Assembly: GCA_963716175.1 (NCBI GenBank)
Contig: OY970296.1
Coordinates: forward strand, 256,001 to 320,000
Direction: 5' to 3'
Source of the DNA: an uncultured Armatimonadetes bacterium
GTDB taxonomy: Bacteria > Armatimonadota > Hebobacteria > Hebobacterales > Hebobacteraceae
Length of the DNA: 64,000 bases
Shown: piece by piece, positions 57,485 to 64,000 of the stretch
Layout: every line of letters starts with the position of its first letter
Numbering within the stretch: the stretch's first letter is position 1
Notes under the pieces: generated by a model
What the model was told of the DNA's origin: nothing
The model's input: the letters and a program-made list of their open reading frames with translations, nothing else
The model's database searches: none
Made by a program: the position numbers and the translations under genes

Positions 57485-59105
57485 GCTCGACTGGTGGGAT
57501 GGGCTATGCGTCGCGGCATTGGCGGCGTTCGGGACGCTGTATGCGCTCCGGTTTCTCAGCCCGGTGTTCCACCCTCATCCGAGCGAAGACGCGGCCATCC
57601 TGATGCGCTATTCGCAGCATCTCGCCCAGGGTCACGGCATCGTCTGGAATATCGGTGACAAGCCTGTGGACGGGGCCACGGACTTCCTTTTCATGGTCTT
57701 GATAGCAGGGCTGGCCAGGCTCGGCGTAGCCGTCGAGAGCGGGGTTCGCCTGGCGACGCTGCTGTCGCACCTGGCAACCATCGTGCTCGTGTATCTTGCC
57801 ACCCGGAAGCTGCACGGCGCCAGCCGCTTCGCCGGCCTGGTCACGGCCGGCTACCTGGCCATAGGCCCAGCGCCACGCTACATCGGGTCGGGCTTCGGCA
57901 CGCCGTTCTTCGCGTTGTCCGTGTGTTCCACTTGGTGGCTGGCCAACTCGCTGGCCGGTGGAAGCGCCTCATTGGGCAGATCGCTGGCGTTCGCTTCCTC
58001 CGGACTGGTCATGGGCCTGATCAGGCCGGAAGGCGCGCTGCTGGCCATACTGATGCTGCTGGCCGTGATCTATCTCAGGGGGCTGAACCGGTCTCGACTC
58101 GCTCTGCTCTGTTTCGTCGGCACCTTCGCACTCGCGGGAGGGGCCTATTTCCTGTGGCGGTGGCACTATTTCGGGTATCCTCTGCCAAACCCTTACTACA
58201 AGAAAGGAGGAGGCCACCTCTATCCCGAGGGCCTGATGGATGCCGTCAGCAACACTATCCAGATGAGTCTGCCTTTTTCCCTGGCCTACTTGCTGGGCCT
58301 GCGCTCGCGTGAGCTGACGAAGCGGACGATCTTCTCGCTGATACCAGTGGTCGGCTTCACCGGGCTGTGGCTGTTGCTGTCCAACGAGATGAACTACCTC
58401 GGGCGCTTCCAGTATCCGATCGTGCCCGTCATCCTGATGTCGTGGCCCTCCCTGGTCCAGGGCCTCGGCTCGGAGTGGCGGCTGCCTCGGCTGCAAGAGC
58501 TGGCCCCTCGCAGCCGAGCAGTGGCGGCGCTACTGGTGGCGGTGATGTTGGCGGGCATCGGGCTGTACCAGAAGAGACGCTATGGCGGAGTCATCTATTT
58601 CTACGATGGGAGATGCGATGTCGCGCACATGCTGAGCGACTATGCCAGCAAGCAGTACACGATGGCCACAACGGAAGCCGGGCTTCTGCCCTTCTACTCC
58701 GGATGGCGTGACCTGGACACCTGGGGACTGAACGACCCGTGGATTGCCCGCAACGGCGGAGTGACCGAGGCCTATCTGGAGAGCCGTAAGCCCGAGGTCA
58801 TCATGTTCCACGCCCCCTTCTCTCCGCTGGTGCCTCCCAACGGCAGCAGCGCCTGGTTCCACATGGTGATGGTGCTGCATCGCTTCGCCCAGAAGCACGG
58901 ATACCGTCTCGCGGCAGCGTTCGGCGAGACGCCTTTCAGAACGCACTATTACTACGTCCGCCCCGACTTCCCCGAGAGCGAGGCGATCGTGAGCAGGATT
59001 CGGACGATGGACTACACCTGGTACGCCAACGGCAAGCAGGCGATCAACTACGCCACCGTCACTCCTGCTGCCGGCCGCAAGGTTATGGAAGCAGCCAGGC
59101 CGTGA
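57435..59105 (+). CDS. GT-C fold membrane glycosyltransferase (AftB/PMT-like)
   Basis: EDAAI..RYS..LAQGHG.VWN.G..PVDGAT, RPEG, WRWHYFGYPLPN.YY.K, AGLLP and DTWGLND. Confidence 0.72.
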   Translation: MSQAPQPVEATVRAATKLDWWDGLCVAALAAFGTLYALRFLSPVFHPHPSEDAAILMRYSQHLAQGHGIVWNIGDKPVDGATDFLFMVLIAGLARLGVAVESGVRLATLLSHLATIVLVYLATRKLHGASRFAGLVTAGYLAIGPAPRYIGSGFGTPFFALSVCSTWWLANSLAGGSASLGRSLAFASSGLVMGLIRPEGALLAILMLLAVIYLRGLNRSRLALLCFVGTFALAGGAYFLWRWHYFGYPLPNPYYKKGGGHLYPEGLMDAVSNTIQMSLPFSLAYLLGLRSRELTKRTIFSLIPVVGFTGLWLLLSNEMNYLGRFQYPIVPVILMSWPSLVQGLGSEWRLPRLQELAPRSRAVAALLVAVMLAGIGLYQKRRYGGVIYFYDGRCDVAHMLSDYASKQYTMATTEAGLLPFYSGWRDLDTWGLNDPWIARNGGVTEAYLESRKPEVIMFHAPFSPLVPPNGSSAWFHMVMVLHRFAQKHGYRLAAAFGETPFRTHYYYVRPDFPESEAIVSRIRTMDYTWYANGKQAINYATVTPAAGRKVMEAARP

Positions 59106-60874
59106 GCGCGCATGCACCCGACAACCCGCCCCCGGGCCGGCCCACCTTCTCGCTCGTTGTGCCAATGCGCAACGAGCAGGGCTACGTTGAGGAGACCCTG
59201 CGCTCGCTCTTGGCCCAGCAGTATCCTCGGGACGCTGTCGAGATCTTGGTCGTGGACGGCTGCTCGGACGATTCCAGCCGCGCTGTCGTGGCCCGCATGG
59301 CGCATGAGCATGCGAATCTCTGCCTGCTCACTAACCCGGGGCGCTTGCCGGCTGCTGGCCGCAATGTCGGCATCCGAGCCGCCCGCGGCCGGTTCATCGG
59401 CATCGTGGACTGCCACTCCTTCGTGCGGCCTGACTTTCTCGCCACGGCCGAGCGGTTGTTTGAGGAGACCGGCGCGCACTGCCTAGGCCGGCCCGTGGAG
59501 CTGTTCATTCGGACTGATTCCTATCTCCAGCGCGTTATCGGGGCGGCGCGGACATCATGGTTGGGCCACAACCTGGTCTCGCCCCGCTACAGCTTGGCCC
59601 GCGGTGCTATCAGCCCGCTCAGCGTTGGCATCCTCTACTGCAAGGAGGTGTTCGATCGAGTCGGCCTCTTCAACGAGGAGTTCGGCGCCTGCGAGGATGT
59701 CGAGTTCAACTTCCGCCTGAGCCAGGCGGGTGTGAGCACATGGACCGACCCGGCGCTGCAGGTCTACTATCACCCCCGCGGGTCGCTGGGGGCGCTGTTC
59801 AGGCAGATGAGGCGCTACGGGTACTGGCGCTACCGGCTGCTGCGGGGGCAGCAGAGGGCTTTCCACATGTCACAGGCAGCCCCCGCGGCCGCCCTGGCGC
59901 TGGCGGCGTTGACCATGCTTCCTGCCGCCTTGGGGGTACTGCCGCCAGCAGTGCCGGGAGCCCTGGTCGCGGGCTATGCTGCCCTAGTGGCTCTGGCCTC
60001 GGTGCGCGCGAGTCTGGCCCGAGGGCTGAGATACCTGCCGCTGCTCCCGCTGGCCTACGCTACCATTCATCTTGGCGCCGCGGTTGGCTTCTGGTCGGGT
60101 GTCTTCTCGGAAATGGGTCACAGCATCAGGCAGGTCCTGGTGAGGGCGGCGCGCTGGCGCGGCAGCGCTGGTGGACCATCGTGGGAGGAGACGTATGCCT
60201 CGCAGCGGCGCGCCAACAGCGGCTTCCTGGCGAGAGGCCTGAGGATGCGAACGGCCGCGGCAATCCAAGCGCTGAGCCTGTGCGTCTCTCCTCGCCAGCA
60301 GTTCTCGCTCCTCGATGTAGGAAGCGCGGGCGGTGAAATGCTGCCATCTCTGCGACAGGCATTCCCAGGGATCATCCCTATCGGCCTCGACCGTTCCCGC
60401 GATCTCCTGACCTCAAGAGTGGCGCCTGACCTGGCGGTCCAAGCCGATGCCATCATGTTACCTTTCAGAACCCACTCCTTCGATGCCTGCCTGCTGGCGT
60501 CCGTCCTCAAGCATGTCAGCAGGGCGGATCAGGCTCTGGCTGAGATCGCGCGAGTGGTGAGGCCGGGTGGCGCGGTGGTGATCATAGACCCGAGCGCCCT
60601 GGCCATCAGAGTCGGGTGTCTGACGGGCTATCTGCACCGTTCCTCGATCGCCCACCGGTTCACTCTCCGCGACCTGCGCCGGATGCTCGCCGGCGCTGAC
60701 CTGGAGACCGTCGCCACGCGTTTCCTGGTTGTGCACACGCGGTGGCCATGGCTCGACTCAGCACTGAACCGAGCGGTCAAGGCGCTGGGGCTCTTTCTGT
60801 TCATCCCGACCTGGGTCGTCCTAGTGTGTAGGCCAAGAGCGGGCGCTCTGGAGGGCCGCCTGGCAGAGCGCTGA
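59102..60874 (+). CDS. GT2 (ExoA-like) glycosyltransferase fused to class I SAM methyltransferase
   Basis: PMRNE, VDGCSDD, VDCH, CEDVEFN and Q..RYG; then LLDVGSAGG, ADAIMLPF..HSFD and EIARVVRPGG. Confidence 0.82.
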   Translation: MSAHAPDNPPPGRPTFSLVVPMRNEQGYVEETLRSLLAQQYPRDAVEILVVDGCSDDSSRAVVARMAHEHANLCLLTNPGRLPAAGRNVGIRAARGRFIGIVDCHSFVRPDFLATAERLFEETGAHCLGRPVELFIRTDSYLQRVIGAARTSWLGHNLVSPRYSLARGAISPLSVGILYCKEVFDRVGLFNEEFGACEDVEFNFRLSQAGVSTWTDPALQVYYHPRGSLGALFRQMRRYGYWRYRLLRGQQRAFHMSQAAPAAALALAALTMLPAALGVLPPAVPGALVAGYAALVALASVRASLARGLRYLPLLPLAYATIHLGAAVGFWSGVFSEMGHSIRQVLVRAARWRGSAGGPSWEETYASQRRANSGFLARGLRMRTAAAIQALSLCVSPRQQFSLLDVGSAGGEMLPSLRQAFPGIIPIGLDRSRDLLTSRVAPDLAVQADAIMLPFRTHSFDACLLASVLKHVSRADQALAEIARVVRPGGAVVIIDPSALAIRVGCLTGYLHRSSIAHRFTLRDLRRMLAGADLETVATRFLVVHTRWPWLDSALNRAVKALGLFLFIPTWVVLVCRPRAGALEGRLAER

Positions 60875-60902
60875 GCCTGGCCAGGCGGCGCCGAGGGGTC
60901 AT

Positions 60903-60918
60903 TGGCACGGTTCTTGCA
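60903..60918 (+). promoter_or_regulatory. Sigma-54 -24/-12 promoter upstream of flippase
   Basis: TGGCACGGTTCTTGCA, perfect consensus, in the gap after the GT2-MTase stop. Confidence 0.85.
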
Positions 60919-61018
60919 TAGGTCCAAGATGCGCCCGCCGGGGGGCTTTGTCCACGGAGGGCCTGGGGTGCTGGGGTCAGAGCGTGGCGCGCATCATCCG
61001 ATTCGAGAGCAGCAGACA

Positions 61019-63573
61019 GTGCGAGCGCAGGACCAGACGGCGCAGCCGACAGCCACCGTTCCGGCCGCTCCCAAGGCTGAGCCGAATCAGCCGCTAGGAG
61101 CCCTCTGGGAGGATATCAGGTCGCTCGGGAAGCAGTCGCTGATCTACGGCGCCGGGCTGTGGGCGACGAGCGCCGCGGGGTTCGTGCTAGTCCCACTCTA
61201 CGTCCGCCGTCTCTCGCCTCACGACTACGGCCTGCTCGAGATCCTGAACCGGACCTCAAGCATCCTTTCCACCTTTGCTCTCGCCGGGATGGTGCTGGCA
61301 GTCCTCCGGTTCTACTACCTCTACGATCGGCCAGAAGAGCGGCGCCGCGTGATCAGCAGCGCCCTGGCGTTTTCCTTCCTTACTTCGTGCTTGATCCAGA
61401 GCGCCATCGTGGTGTTCTCCCACGATCTCAGCCGCCTGCTGCTGGGCTCGCCTGACTACGCCGCGCTGTGCGTGCTTGCCGGCTTCATCACGATTGCGGA
61501 CATGCTCTCTCTTCTCCCTGGCACGCTGCTGCGAGTCCGGGAGCAAGTGCTGCTGTACACCGTTTTCTCGGTCGCCAAGTTCGCTCTCGCCATCACGCTC
61601 AACATCTGGTTTGTCGTCGGGCTGGGCCGCGGGCTACCCGGAGTCATGGAGGCCAACTTGGCAGCCAGCGCCGCGGTCGGGCTGGCGGTTGCGGTCTACT
61701 GCCTGCGCGCGGTCGGGCTCCGAGTATCAGGCACGATGCTGAGAGCCATGCTGGCTTTCGGCCTGCCGGTTGCTGCGGCAGGGATCCCAGGCATTATCAC
61801 CGAGAACCTCGATCGCTACCTGCTGCTCCATATGAGATCAGCCGCGGAGGTCGGCATCTACGCCCTGTCGGTCAGATTCGGGACGCTGCTATCCCTCCTT
61901 TTGTTTCAGCCCTTCGGCTTCATCTACTCGCAGTTCATGTTCAAGGTGGCAGATCGCCCGGACGCCAGCCGGATCTACGGCAAGGTGACTACCGTGGTCA
62001 CGGCGCTCGGGGTGTGGCTGACGGTGGCGCTTGCGACCTTCGCTCCCGACATCGTCTCCCTGGTCTCGCCGGGTAAGGCCTACGCCCTGTCCGGCGTGGT
62101 CGCTCCCGTCCTTCTCATAGGCTATCTCTTCTATGGGGTAAGCCCTCTGCTCGAGGTGGGGATCTACCTGCAAAGGAAGACTCTCTGGAAGCCAGCAATA
62201 GTTGCCGTCCAGGCGGTGGCATGCACCGTTCTCTTGTGGCAGTTCGTCCCCCGCTGGGGCGCAACCGGAGCAGCATGGGCACTGGTCGGCTCCGAGGCCG
62301 TTCTCTGCCTCTGCCTTTACCTGGTGGCACGGCGGCTGTTCCGGATCTCCTACGAATGGCCTCGCCTGGCCGCGCTGCTCGCGGTGCTGGTGGCAGCCAT
62401 TGCGCTTGGCGCCAGGCTCGCCGGATCTCCCTCCCACCTTGGTTTCGTGAGCAGGCTGGGCTTGGTCGCTGGAGTGGCCCTCCTGGTGGGAGCCACTGCC
62501 GTGTTGAGACCCAGGGCAGGGATAGGTACGGCGCGCCTGTCCTCCTTTGCCTCGTGCCTGCCTAACCTGATCCCTAGCGGCGCCCGGCGTGCCGCCCGAC
62601 TTGCCGCAGAGCCGTTGATACGAGGCGCCTGGCATCTGGACCCAGGGGTGCTGATAGTACGATATCACTCCATTTCGGATCCGTCGGACCCCGGCAACCC
62701 CATCTCGCCTGGCATCTGCACCAGCCCTGCAGATTTCTATGAGCAGATGGCACTGCTCGCGGCCCAGGCGACGCCAGTCTCTCTTGACACGGTGCTCGAC
62801 GCGTTCGACCGAGGAGTCAGGCTGCCTGCGCGTCCCGTGGTGGTGACCTTCGATGACGGTTACGCGGACAACTGCGAGATCGCTCTGCCGATTCTTCGGG
62901 ACCGTGGAATCCCCGCGGCTTTCTTGATCACGACCGGATGGACAGGTACGGATATCGAGCCCTGGTTCATCGCTATCAGGTCAGCTTTCTCGGCAACCCG
63001 CCGGCGGTCGTGGGCACCAGCGCCCTCAGACCGCGAGTACCCGCTTGACTGCGAAGACGGTCGGCGCGCCGCGCGGCGCGCCGCCGCACGCATCCTCGCG
63101 CGGCTAAGTCTCGCCGAGCAGGAAACGTGGCTGGGACAGCTTCGCCGCGAACTGGAGATCGACGCGCCGGCCAGGGGGCCCCCCTGATGATGTCGTGGGA
63201 GCAAGTGGCCAAGGTCAGAGATGCGGGGATGACGATCGGAGCGCACAGCGTGAGCCATCCGAACCTGGCCTGGCTGCCGCCCGCGGCCCAAGAGGCTCAG
63301 ATGCGCGAGTCGAAGCTGGCGCTGAGCTCTCATCTCGGCATCCCAGTGCGACACTTCTCGTACCCCAGCCCGATAGATCCACCTTGTCTCAACCGCGACA
63401 GCATGGCAGCCGCGCGGCAGGTGGGCTTCGCCGCGGCGCTGAGCACGTTCGCGGGAATGGCCCGGCCAGGTTCCAATCGTTTCGCCCTGCCGAGGATGAA
63501 CCAGCCCGCCATGGCGGCGCGGACAGCGGGCTTCTCTGCTTGCTTCCTGCGTGCAGCTCTGAAGATGCCTTAG
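61019..63573 (+). CDS. wzx: Wzx flippase fused to NodB-type polysaccharide deacetylase (frameshift in C-run 63179-63184; start approximate)
   Basis: LGKQSLIYG, PLYVRRLSPHDYG, DRYLL and VGIY. Then YHSI, VTFDDGYADN, and after +1 C, MSWEQV, IGAHSVSHP, FSYP and LPR. Confidence 0.8.
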
Positions 63574-63611
63574 AGACTGAAGAAGCCTACCGGGCCAGGA
63601 GGATGAAGGCT

Positions 63612-63627
63612 TGGCACCTAGTTCGCC
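63612..63627 (+). promoter_or_regulatory. Possible sigma-54 motif upstream of GNAT gene
   Basis: TGGCACCTAGTTCGCC (GG-N10-GC, weaker -12). Confidence 0.5.
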
Positions 63628-63658
63628 CGCGCCCACCGTGGGGGCAGGGCCATCGTCA

Positions 63659-64000
63659 ATGACAGCGCAGATCGAGCTGGTGCGCAGCTCGGACGGCCTG
63701 GCCTCGCTCCAGCCGGAGTGGGACGAACTCGCGTCGCGTAGCCCCGCCTATCCGTTCACGAGCCACGTCTGGCAGGGGACCTGGTGGCAGGCGTTCGGCA
63801 GGCCACCCCGGAGCCTTTACACTCTGGTGCTGAGGCGAGGTGGCCGGGTCCTTGGCATATTCCCGCTCATGCTGACCAGAGGCCGCCTGCGGGGGATTCC
63901 CCTGCGCATGCTGACATTTGCTCAGAGCGCCCAGGCACCCCGTGCCGATGTTCTCCTGCGGGAAGACGACCCCCAGGTGCTGACGGAGCTACTCGAGTAC
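63659..64000 (+). CDS. GNAT acetyltransferase (CelD/BcsL-like), N-terminal part, runs off window
   Basis: My translation: MTAQIELVRSSDGLASLQPEWDELASRSPAYPFTSHVWQGTWWQAFG...VLGIFPL, typical of Acetyltransf_6 EPS-locus proteins. Confidence 0.78.
   Translation, partial: MTAQIELVRSSDGLASLQPEWDELASRSPAYPFTSHVWQGTWWQAFGRPPRSLYTLVLRRGGRVLGIFPLMLTRGRLRGIPLRMLTFAQSAQAPRADVLLREDDPQVLTELLEY

Noticed and set aside
1-64000. CRISPR arrays, tRNA/rRNA, integrases, transposases, phage or defence genes
   Set aside because: I saw no regularly spaced repeats, RNA gene signatures or such protein motifs by eye.

Overview
This is a GC-rich bacterial window. The gene content (prepilin/DUF1559 H-X9-DG proteins, several DUF6785/DUF6784-like membrane proteins, URO-D-like proteins, PEP-CTERM/exosortase) suggests Armatimonadota or a similar lineage; that placement is inference. 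Left part (1-29 kb): non-SusC/D carbohydrate-utilisation loci. These pair pilin-like H-X9-DG proteins and DUF6785-like transporters with a PL15/heparinase-like lyase, GH29 and GH141-like fucosidases, an SDR, a Zn-dehydrogenase and an AraC regulator. Also present are an orphan Wzm/Wzt exporter, a two-subunit Mo-hydroxylase, a URO-D-like cluster and a REP-doublet-like hairpin pair. Right part (29-64 kb): a large PEP-CTERM/exosortase-EpsI Wzx/Wzy exopolysaccharide locus that encodes its own regulatory module. The module is a sigma-54 (with a CxxC..CxxC insert), a PilZ/YcgR-like protein and an NtrC-type enhancer-binding protein whose phospho-acceptor Asp is naturally Glu, with no kinase nearby. 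About nine -24/-12 sigma-54 motifs lie upstream of the locus transcription units, including one upstream of pilZ-rpoN itself. About nine 1-2 bp frameshifts, mostly in homopolymers or GC repeats, indicate an imperfectly polished long-read assembly, so apparent fusions and splits need read-level checking. All family assignments come from motif recognition by eye; no database searches were run.
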